Source: Myxococcota bacterium
GTDB taxonomy: Bacteria; Myxococcota_A; Polyangia; Polyangiales; Sandaracinaceae
Length of the DNA stretch: 20,054 bases
Direction: 5' to 3'
Assembly (NCBI GenBank): GCA_036149055.1
Contig: JAYZQJ010000172.1
Location: 1 to 20,054, forward strand
Shown: piece by piece, positions 8,492 through 16,358 of the stretch
Position numbering within the stretch: the first letter of the stretch is position 1
Layout of the letters: each line of letters starts with the position of its first letter
Program-made: the position numbers and the translations under genes
Notes under the pieces: generated by a model
What the model saw: the letters and a program-made list of their open reading frames with translations, nothing else
What the model was told of the DNA's origin: nothing
The model's database searches: none

Positions 8492-9787
8492 ATGCGCCTC
8501 CGCCCCGCGCACGTCCTCGGCCTCGCCGCGGTGCTCGCCATCGCGGGCCTGGCGTGGTCCGCGCTCTCGGCGGCGCCGCCCGAGGAGCCGGCCGTGCCCC
8601 GGGCCGCGGCGCCTCCCGCCGAGCCCGGCCTCGATCTCTCCGACCTGCGCCGCGCGGAGGGTGAGCTCGGCGAGGACGTCGCCCTCGAGCGACCCGAAGC
8701 GCTCGCCGGCTTTCACGCCGCGCTCCGCCGGGCCGCAGCCGGACAGGGGCAAGCACGCGTGCTCGTCTATGGCGGCAGTCACACCGCCGGCGACCTCTAC
8801 GTCGGGCGCATGCGAGAGGCGCTGCAGAGCCGCTTCGGCGACGCCGGCCACGGCTTCCTCCCCCTGGTGCCGTGGGTCGACCACCACTGGGCGTGGGGCA
8901 TGCGCGTCGACGAGGCCGAGGGCTGGGGCATGGAGACGGTCGGCTTCAAGCACCGGGACGTCGGCCGCTACGGGCTCGCCGGCGCCGCCTACGTCACCGA
9001 CGAGGCGGGCGCGTTCGCGGCGGTCGAGGCCGACACGTGGGGCAACGGCCGCGACGCCTCCCGGCTGGAGCTGCTCTACGATCGCCGGCCGGGGGCGGGG
9101 AGCCTCGAGGTCTGGATCGACGGCCGACACGTCGAGACCCTGAGCACGGCGAGCGACGCGCCGGCGGCCGGTCGGGCCGTCTACCCGGTGAGCGACAACA
9201 CCCACCGGCTGGAGGTGCGCGCGGTCGGAGACGGCCCGGTCACGGTCTTCGGCGTGGTCATGGAGCGCGACGCGCCGGGCGTGCTCGTCGAGAACCTCGG
9301 GCTGGTCGGCTCGAAGGCCCGGCACCAGCTGCTCTGGGAGCCGAGGCTCTGGCGCGCGCTGTTCGAGACCCGGCGCCCGGACCTCGTCGCGCTCGCCTAC
9401 GGCAACAACGAGACGACCGACACCCACCTCTCGATCGCCGAGCACGAGGGCCACCTCCGGGAGGTGATGGCGCGCATCCAGCGGGCCGCGCCGGAGGCGT
9501 CCTGCCTGCTGATCGGCCCGACCGATCGGCCGCGGATCGCCGACGACGGGTCGCTGGCCGCGCGCGAGGTGGTGGGCGAGCTGAGCGAGATGCAGCGCCG
9601 GGTGGCCGCCGACCTCGACTGCGCGTTCTTCGACACCCTCGCGTTCCAGGGGGGCCTCGGCGGCGGCGTCGCCTGGCTCGCCCACGACCCGCCCTACATG
9701 CGGCCCGACCGACAGCACCTGAGCCGAGAGGGCTACCTGCGCTGGGGCGAGGTCCTCACCCGCGCCCTGCTGGACGACTTCCCGTGA
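8492..9787 (+). CDS. Exported SGNH/GDSL-type hydrolase or acetyltransferase (PatB/Ape-like architecture)
   Basis: N-terminal hydrophobic segment; block I YGGSHTAG, FGDAGHGF, block II NLGLVG, block III YGNNE, block V DRQH. Confidence 0.85.
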   Translation: MRLRPAHVLGLAAVLAIAGLAWSALSAAPPEEPAVPRAAAPPAEPGLDLSDLRRAEGELGEDVALERPEALAGFHAALRRAAAGQGQARVLVYGGSHTAGDLYVGRMREALQSRFGDAGHGFLPLVPWVDHHWAWGMRVDEAEGWGMETVGFKHRDVGRYGLAGAAYVTDEAGAFAAVEADTWGNGRDASRLELLYDRRPGAGSLEVWIDGRHVETLSTASDAPAAGRAVYPVSDNTHRLEVRAVGDGPVTVFGVVMERDAPGVLVENLGLVGSKARHQLLWEPRLWRALFETRRPDLVALAYGNNETTDTHLSIAEHEGHLREVMARIQRAAPEASCLLIGPTDRPRIADDGSLAAREVVGELSEMQRRVAADLDCAFFDTLAFQGGLGGGVAWLAHDPPYMRPDRQHLSREGYLRWGEVLTRALLDDFP

Positions 9788-9878
9788 ACAGTGCGTCCCA
9801 GGATGTGGACTGTTCGCTCAGCCAGAGAAAGTCCGGATCTCCCCTGTACAGATCGCGGTCCGCGTCGTTTTCTTCAGT

Positions 9879-10106
9879 ATGACCGTGGAGAGGGTGCGGC
9901 CACGGCTCCAGGCTCCGGAGTCCGGCGAGTGGGCGCGGGCTCCCGATGGACGCCCGGCGCTGATCTGGGTCACGGACGGGGAGGGCAACCTCGTGCACGT
10001 CTCGGGGCCCGGCGCGCCGTGGGTGGGCGACGCCTCGGTGGGGGCGCCTGGTGGAGGCGCTGGTGCCCGGCCCGCTGCGAGCGCGCCTGTCGAGGGCGGT
10101 GCGTGA
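9879..10106 (+). other. Probable frameshifted N-terminal fragment (first half of a PAS domain) of the downstream kinase
   Basis: PALIWVTDGEGNLVHVSG is a typical PAS start; removing one G from the G5 run at 10040-10044 joins it in frame to 10051-12138. Confidence 0.7.
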
Positions 10107-12138
10107 CGCCCTCCGTGGCACGCCCGCGCTCCTCGAGGTCGAGCTGGAGGGCGCCTTCTGGGAGCTGGCGGTGGAGCCCGCCGCCGGCGGCACCTCGGGC
10201 GTGGCCCGCCTCTCGATGGACGCCGCGGCCCGAAAGGAGGCCGAGGCCGCCCTCGCCGAGAGCGAGCGCCGGCTGGAGATCGCCCTCGAGGCGACCGGGG
10301 TGGGCCTCTGGGTCTGGGAGGCGGCCCCCGATCGCCTGGTCGTCAACCCGCAGGCGGCGAAGATCCTGGGCGCCGAGCGCGACTTCGAGACGAGCTTCGC
10401 GGAGCTCACCCGGCGCCTCCATCCCGACGACCACGAGGCCGTGCGCGACCGCTTCAAGCGTCATTTGAGCGGAGAGCGGGACTACTACGAGAGTCAGCAC
10501 CGCTTCCGGCGGGACGGGGAGTGGCGCTGGGTGCTCGACCACGGCTGCGTCGTCGAGTGGGACGACGAGGGGCGACCGCGAAGGGTCGTCGGCACCACCC
10601 AGGACATCACGGAGCGGAAGCGCGCCGCGGACGCGCTCGCGGAGAGCGAGCACCGGCTCGACATGACGCTCCGCGCCGCGGAGCTGGGGCTCTGGGAGTG
10701 GAACCCGCTGACGGGCCAGCTGATGATGAGCGAGCGGACCGCGGCCATCGTGGGCGAGCGGCTCGAGGACGTCGAGCCCACCATCGAGGCGCTGACCAGC
10801 CGACTGCACCCGGACGACCTCGAGCCCACGCTCGACAGCCTGCGGGCTCACTCCCGGGGGGAGACGCCGGACTACGAGAGCCGCTACCGGCTCCGGCACC
10901 GGTCGGGCGAGTGGCGCTGGGTGCTCGCGCGAGGGCGCGTGATGCGCCGCGACCCGGAGGGCCGGGCGGTGCAGATGCTCGGCACCATCCAGGACGTCAG
11001 CGAGGAGGTCGACGCGGAGGAGAAGCAGCGGGAGCTCCAGGCGCAGCTGGTCCAGGCCCAGAAGATGGAGAGCGTCGGGCAGCTCGCGGGCGGCATCGCG
11101 CACGACTTCAACAACCTGCTGACGGTGATCCTCGGCAACCTCGAGATGGCGATCGAGGACGTCGAGGCCGCCGGGGTGGACGCCGCCGATCTGGTGGAGA
11201 CGCGCGCCGCGGCCGAGCGCGCCTCGAGCCTCACGCGCCGGCTCCTGACCTTCAGCCGGCAGCGGAGCCTCGAGAAGGCCTCGATCTCCCTCAACGAGGT
11301 GGTCGAGGGGGTCGGTCAGATGCTCGAGCGGGCGCTGCCGGGGCGGATCGCGATCGAGCTCGATCTGGACCCCGAGGCGCCGCGCGTCGACGCCGACGTC
11401 GGCCAGCTGGAGCAGGTACTGCTGAACCTCTGCGTCAACGCGCGTGACGCGATCGAGGGCGACGGGCTGGTGCGGGTCGAGACGCGCGCTCGAGACGGAA
11501 TGGCCGAGCTGACGGTGCGGGACGACGGGGCCGGGATGAGCCCGGAGACGCGCCGCCGGGCCCTCGAGCCCTTCTTCACCACCAAGGAGCCCCAGGGCGG
11601 CACCGGCCTCGGCCTCGCGATGGTCTACGGCATCGTCACCCAGCACGGCGGGGAGCTGCTCCTCGACAGCGAAGAGGGCCGCGGCACGCGGGTGGTGATG
11701 TGCTTCCCGCCCTCGGCCGGCGCGGGACGGACGGCGTCTCCGCCGGGCACGGACGCGGCGGTCGGGCGCGGCACGGTGCTGGTCATCGAGGACGAGTCGC
11801 ACGTGCGCCGGCTGATCTGCCGGACGCTCACCCGGGGCGGCTACGACGTGCTCGAGGCGTGCGACGGCGTCGAGGGCGTGGCCGCGTTCGAGGCCCACGC
11901 CGACCAGATCGATCTCGTCATCGTCGACGCGATCATGCCGCGCATGGACGGCCGTCAGGCGACCGAGCGCATCCTCGCGCTCCGACCGAACACCCGGATC
12001 CTGTTCTCGACCGGCTACCACGCGGGCGGCTTCGGGGATCTCGCCGAGCGGCACCGCCTGCTCTCGAAGCCCTACACGCCGCGGGTGCTGCTCGACGCGG
12101 TGGGGCAGGTGATGGACGCGGCATCTGCTACACCCTGA
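10051..12138 (+). CDS. Hybrid sensor histidine kinase/response regulator with PAS/PAC domains
   Basis: Two complete PAS-PAC units (GLWxW...LHPDD...GEWRWV...GTxQD), H-box [13 protein letters not shown]-box [10 protein letters not shown]1 DDGAGM, PFFTTK, G2 GTGLGL, receiver VIEDE...DAIMPRMDG...KPY. True start probably 9879. Confidence 0.95.
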   Translation: MEALVPGPLRARLSRAVRDALRGTPALLEVELEGAFWELAVEPAAGGTSGVARLSMDAAARKEAEAALAESERRLEIALEATGVGLWVWEAAPDRLVVNPQAAKILGAERDFETSFAELTRRLHPDDHEAVRDRFKRHLSGERDYYESQHRFRRDGEWRWVLDHGCVVEWDDEGRPRRVVGTTQDITERKRAADALAESEHRLDMTLRAAELGLWEWNPLTGQLMMSERTAAIVGERLEDVEPTIEALTSRLHPDDLEPTLDSLRAHSRGETPDYESRYRLRHRSGEWRWVLARGRVMRRDPEGRAVQMLGTIQDVSEEVDAEEKQRELQAQLVQAQKMESVGQLAGGIAHDFNNLLTVILGNLEMAIEDVEAAGVDAADLVETRAAAERASSLTRRLLTFSRQRSLEKASISLNEVVEGVGQMLERALPGRIAIELDLDPEAPRVDADVGQLEQVLLNLCVNARDAIEGDGLVRVETRARDGMAELTVRDDGAGMSPETRRRALEPFFTTKEPQGGTGLGLAMVYGIVTQHGGELLLDSEEGRGTRVVMCFPPSAGAGRTASPPGTDAAVGRGTVLVIEDESHVRRLICRTLTRGGYDVLEACDGVEGVAAFEAHADQIDLVIVDAIMPRMDGRQATERILALRPNTRILFSTGYHAGGFGDLAERHRLLSKPYTPRVLLDAVGQVMDAASATP

Positions 12139-12140
12139 GG

Positions 12141-13271
12141 GTGCGTCATCACGTCTACCTGATCCCCGGCTTCTTCGGCTTCGCGAACTTCGGGGACTTC
12201 AAGTACTTCGCGCACGTCCGCGAGCACCTGCGCGAGTGGCTCGACGCGCGCGGGGTCAACGCCGCGATCCACTACGCGCCGAGCTTCCCCACCGCGTCCC
12301 TCCGGCGGCGGGCCGGCCGGGTGATGGAGATCGTCGCCGAGACCGCCAAGGACGACGACGGCCCCATCCACCTCATCGGCCACTCGACCGGCGGCCTCGA
12401 CGCGCGCCTCGCGGTGGCGCCGCGGGCGTCGCTCCTCACCTCGGTCGACCACGAGCCGTTCGCCCAGCGCGTGCGCTCGGTGGTCGCGGTCACCGCCCCC
12501 CACTTCGGCGCCCCGACGGCCGCGTTCTTCACCAGCCTGCTCGGCCAGCGCCTCCTCGCGCTGCTCTCGCTGACCACCGTGCACGCCATCCGCCTCGGGT
12601 CGATCCCGATGCCGGCGCTCGTCGTGCTCGCGGGTGCGCTCGGGTCGACCGGAGCGCTCCGCTCGATCAGCGGCGGCGTGCTCGATCAGGTCTTCCAGCA
12701 GGTGCTCAAGGACTTCGACGCGGAGCGCCGGACGACGCTGCAGGAGTACTTCGGCTACGTGATCCACGACCAGACGCTCCTGGTGCAGCTCACGCCGGAG
12801 GGCCTCGATCTCTTCAACGCCATGGCGACGGAGCGCGAGGGGGTGCGGCGCGGCTGCGTGGTGGCGCAGGCGAAGCCGCCGGCGCTCGGGCGCAACCTGG
12901 AGGTCGGCCTCGATCCCGTGCACCAGGCGAACTACGGCCTCTTCCGCGCGCTGTATCAGCTCGCCTCGACCCTGGGCGAGCACCTCTTGCCCGAGCTGAC
13001 CCAGGCGCAGCGAGACCGCCTCATCGCCGCCTACGGGCGGCTGCCCACGGCGCGCGCGAACGACGCGATGGTGCCGCTGCTCTCGCAGGTCTGGGGGGAC
13101 GTGCTCCACGCCGCGTGGGCCGATCACCTCGACGTGATCGGCCACTTCCACGACCCGGCGCACGCCCCGATCCACGTCGACTGGCTGCGCACCAAGAGCG
13201 GCTTCGCGCGGCCGCAGTTCGAGCAGATGTGGGACGCGGTGGCCCGCTTCTGCTTCCCCGAGCACGTGTGA
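12141..13271 (+). CDS. Alpha/beta-hydrolase, lipase/esterase-like
   Basis: YLIPGFFGF oxyanion region, nucleophile elbow IGHSTGG, APHFGAP, NDAMVP (Asp), ADHLDVIG (His). GTG start 2 nt after the kinase stop. Confidence 0.88.
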   Translation: MRHHVYLIPGFFGFANFGDFKYFAHVREHLREWLDARGVNAAIHYAPSFPTASLRRRAGRVMEIVAETAKDDDGPIHLIGHSTGGLDARLAVAPRASLLTSVDHEPFAQRVRSVVAVTAPHFGAPTAAFFTSLLGQRLLALLSLTTVHAIRLGSIPMPALVVLAGALGSTGALRSISGGVLDQVFQQVLKDFDAERRTTLQEYFGYVIHDQTLLVQLTPEGLDLFNAMATEREGVRRGCVVAQAKPPALGRNLEVGLDPVHQANYGLFRALYQLASTLGEHLLPELTQAQRDRLIAAYGRLPTARANDAMVPLLSQVWGDVLHAAWADHLDVIGHFHDPAHAPIHVDWLRTKSGFARPQFEQMWDAVARFCFPEHV

Positions 13272-13274
13272 CGG

Positions 13275-14948
13275 TCAATCGCAGGCGGGCGGGCTCACGC
13301 AGCGAAGAGCTCCGCCGCTCACGCAGCACGGCTCGGTGACCGAGCAGACCGCGCCGTCGCCCACCGCGGCGCTGACCGCGCCGCAGGTGCAGGCGCCGCC
13401 GGCGCAGGTCTCGCCCCCGCCACACCGCTCGGCGCAGGCGCCGCAGCTCGTGGGATCGGAGTCGAGCGTCCGGCACCCCCCGACGCTCGGGCAGCAGGTC
13501 TCGGCCGCGCCGCAGGCCGGGCCCGCGCCCACCTCGCCCGCGTCGGCGGCGCAGCGACACGCGCCGCTCGTGCAGGCCTCGCCGGGTCCACAGGTCACGC
13601 CGCACGCGCCGCAGTGGTCCGGGTCCGAGGGGAGATCCCGGCAGGCGTCCGCGCAGCAGGCCTGCGACGGCGAGCAGGCGGGCTGGCCGGTCGCGCCGCG
13701 GCGGCTCCCGCACCGGCACTCCCCGGCCTGGCAGATCTCGCCCACCCCGCAGGTCACGCCGCACGCGCCGCAGTTCGTGACGTCGCGCGCGGTGTCGACG
13801 CACGCGCCGTCGCAGCAGGCGCCGTCGCACACCGCGCCGCCGCCCGGGGCGCCGAGGCTCGAGCCGCACGCGCACCGGCCGCCCTGGCAGCGCTCGCCCG
13901 GCGCGCAGCTCGCGTCGCAGGCGCCGCAGCGGCTCTCCGTGTCGTCGAGGTCGAAGCAGCCGTCGCCGCAGCAGGTCTCGTCCGCCCCGCACGCGGGGCC
14001 GCCGCCGATGGTGCCGAAGCGCGGGCCGCATCGGCACTGCCCCACGCTCGTGCACGTCTCGAGCGCCGCGCAGGTGACGCCGCAGTCGCCACACTGATCG
14101 ACCGTGTTCACCGGCGTCTCGCAGCCGCTCGCCTCGTCGAGGTCGCAGTCGCCGTAGCCGGGGTCGCAGATCAGCAGCGAGCAGACGCCGCTCGCGCAGA
14201 GCGCGGTCGCGTTGTCGATCTCGCAGCGCAGCCCGCAGCCGCCGCAGTGGTTCGGATCGACCTCGACGTTGACCTCGCAGTCCTCGGGTCGGCCGTCGCA
14301 GTCGACGAGGCGGTCGTCGCACGTCGGGGCGCCCGCGTCGGCCTGCTCGGGGAAGCGCAGGCAGCCGCGCTGGGGATCGCAGTAGTCGGTCGGTGGGCAC
14401 GCGCCCTCGCGCATGGCGAAGAAGCAGTAGCCCTCGTCGCAGCGCGCGTCCGCGCAGTCGGCGCGGGCCGGGCAGTCCTCCACGGTCTCGCAGGGCGGCG
14501 TCTCGCCGCAGGCGCCCGGGGTGCTGAGCGCGCACTCCTCGTCGACGCACTCGCCCTGCTCGCAGAGCTGGCCCTCGGCGCAGCCCGCGTAGGCGCAGGC
14601 GCGCTCCACGCGCACCGAGACCACGGCGTCCTCGCGGACGCGCACCAGCGTGGCCCCCTCCGCGAGCCGGCCGCCGGCGGCGAAGAGCCGCACGCGGACG
14701 TGGTAGGTGCCGGCCGAGGGCGCGCTCAGCTCCGCGACGCGGCCCCCCTCGAGGAAGCGCTCGTCCGCGCCGACGCCGCGTCTCGCCCGGTCGACCTCGG
14801 TGCCCGCGCTGCCCTCGCGCCGCTCGAGGCGGACCTCGACCTCCTGGAACTCGGCCCCCGGCACGAGGTCCGTGCGCAGATCGACCAGCACCGCCGGGCC
14901 CGCCTCGCAGCCCGCCAGGAGCAGGAAGGCCACGAGCGCGAGCCTCAC
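13275..14948 (-). CDS. Cys-rich repeat lipoprotein (six CGxCxxxC, Stig1-like repeats), 557 aa
   Basis: GTG start, lipobox LLLAGC, beta-rich N-terminal domain, then repeats DPNHCGGCGLRC, TVDQCGDCGVTC, TESRCGACDASC, DVTNCGACGVTC, DPDHCGACGVTC, DPTSCGACAERC. GTGA overlap with the upstream stop. Confidence 0.85.
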   Translation of the reverse strand: MRLALVAFLLLAGCEAGPAVLVDLRTDLVPGAEFQEVEVRLERREGSAGTEVDRARRGVGADERFLEGGRVAELSAPSAGTYHVRVRLFAAGGRLAEGATLVRVREDAVVSVRVERACAYAGCAEGQLCEQGECVDEECALSTPGACGETPPCETVEDCPARADCADARCDEGYCFFAMREGACPPTDYCDPQRGCLRFPEQADAGAPTCDDRLVDCDGRPEDCEVNVEVDPNHCGGCGLRCEIDNATALCASGVCSLLICDPGYGDCDLDEASGCETPVNTVDQCGDCGVTCAALETCTSVGQCRCGPRFGTIGGGPACGADETCCGDGCFDLDDTESRCGACDASCAPGERCQGGRCACGSSLGAPGGGAVCDGACCDGACVDTARDVTNCGACGVTCGVGEICQAGECRCGSRRGATGQPACSPSQACCADACRDLPSDPDHCGACGVTCGPGEACTSGACRCAADAGEVGAGPACGAAETCCPSVGGCRTLDSDPTSCGACAERCGGGETCAGGACTCGAVSAAVGDGAVCSVTEPCCVSGGALRCVSPPACD

Positions 14949-16225
14949 GGCCGATCTCCGGGCGGCGCGCTCGGCCCGCGCTCGCGCATCGCGGCGAGCT
15001 GACGCTCGAGCTGCGCCTCCTCCTCCAGCGCCCGCGCCCAGGCGCGCTCGAGCGCGGCGCGGGCCTCGCCGTCGAGCTTGTCCCGCATGCGCGCGTAGCT
15101 CGAGCTCGGCCGCTTCCGCAGCCGGGCGACCGCCACCAGCGCCTCCGCGCCGGCCGCCTGCTTCTGCTTCGGGAGCCGGGGGAGGGCCTCGAGCATCGCC
15201 GCCCGGGCCGCGCGCTGCCGCTCCATCACGAGGACCGAGCGCTCGTGTGCCCAGCCGTCGGGGAGGCTGCAGGCGGCGGTGGCGATCACCTCGGCCGCCC
15301 GCCGGCGCCGCGGGCCGCGGACCAGCTCCCGGTCGAGCAGGGTCGCGGCGAAGATCGCGCGGTGGGCGAGGCGCCGCTCGTCGAGGGCCCGCACCAGGGT
15401 CTCGGTCGCGCGGGCGCGGTCCAGCGACACCAGCGCGCTCGCGGCGGCGGCGGCCACGTCCTCGTCGTCGGCGTCGAGGCAGGCGGCGATGGCGTCCCAG
15501 CGCTCCGAGGCCCCGAGCCGCCCGAGGCAGACGAGCGCCCGGGCGCGGTCGTTGACGTCGCCGGCGCCGAGCAGCCCGGCCAGCTCCGTCGCCCACGCCT
15601 CGCGCTGGGCCCGGTCGAAGCGCGCCGCCGCCCCCGACACCAGCAGCTCCTCGGCCGCGCCGAGCGCCTCGTCCCGGGTCTCGACGTCGGCTACGCCGTG
15701 CATCGCGGCGGGGAGACCGAGGGGGTCGCCGAGGGTCTCGTACGCGAGGAAGAGCCCCTCGGGCAGCGGGCGGCGCTCGGCGCGGACTCGCTCGAGGCAG
15801 GCGAGGGCGTCCCCGCGGGAGCAGCCCATCGCGCGCACCGCGAGCGCGGCCTCCGCGTCCGAGCCGATCAGCGCGCGGGTCAGCAGGCCCGGCAGCGCGA
15901 CGTCGCCGAGCGCGCCGAGGGCCTCGAGGGCGTAGTCGGCGTCGAGCCAGTCGCGGGGGGCGACGGTCAGGGCGAAGAGCGGGTCGACCGCGCGTGGGTC
16001 GGCGGCGCGGCCCAGCAGGTAGGCGGCCGCGTGGCGGACCCCGTCGTCCGACGCGTCGAGCAGCCCGAGCAGCCCGTCGACCTCTCGGTGCGCGAAGCGC
16101 GTGAGGCGCGCGAGGCCCTTCGCGTCGAACGCGGGCGGGGAGGCGAGGCGGGCGAAGGGCTCCACGGAGACCGGCTCCCCCGCCAGGCGCCGCTCGATCT
16201 GCGCGATCAGCTGCTCGGCTCTCAT
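14945..16225 (-). CDS. HEAT/PBS-lyase-like repeat protein
   Basis: Repeated helical units such as DDGVRHAAAYLLGRAADPRAVDPL, DVNDRARALVCLGRLG and DEDVAAAAASALVSL; ATG start at 16225. Confidence 0.75.
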   Translation of the reverse strand: MRAEQLIAQIERRLAGEPVSVEPFARLASPPAFDAKGLARLTRFAHREVDGLLGLLDASDDGVRHAAAYLLGRAADPRAVDPLFALTVAPRDWLDADYALEALGALGDVALPGLLTRALIGSDAEAALAVRAMGCSRGDALACLERVRAERRPLPEGLFLAYETLGDPLGLPAAMHGVADVETRDEALGAAEELLVSGAAARFDRAQREAWATELAGLLGAGDVNDRARALVCLGRLGASERWDAIAACLDADDEDVAAAAASALVSLDRARATETLVRALDERRLAHRAIFAATLLDRELVRGPRRRRAAEVIATAACSLPDGWAHERSVLVMERQRAARAAMLEALPRLPKQKQAAGAEALVAVARLRKRPSSSYARMRDKLDGEARAALERAWARALEEEAQLERQLAAMRERGPSAPPGDRP

Positions 16226-16330
16226 CGCTGCGCATCGTACCCGGGGTGGGTGGCGCTTGCAGGATTCCCCGCGACCCCACAGGTGGCGGTGGAGTGGCCG
16301 CCTGGGCGCGCGGGAGCCCGCGAGGCGCGT

Positions 16331-16346
16331 TGGCGCGGGCCTTGCG
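16331..16346 (+). promoter_or_regulatory. Putative sigma54 (-24/-12) promoter
   Basis: TGGCGCG-GGCC-TTGCG matches TGGCACG-N4-TTGCW with exact GG/GC spacing, just upstream of ATG 16359. Confidence 0.6.
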
Positions 16347-16358
16347 GTCGGGGGAGAC

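Noticed and set aside
9786..9878. GAAAGTCCGG resembling the RNase P RNA core motif, plus a weak GAACAGT...ACTGTTC inverted repeat
   Set aside because: The gap is only about 90 bp, far too short for rnpB, and the other conserved elements are missing; the stem is weak and has no U-tract.
9970..12054. 694-aa minus-strand ORF
   Set aside because: Antisense shadow of the histidine kinase.
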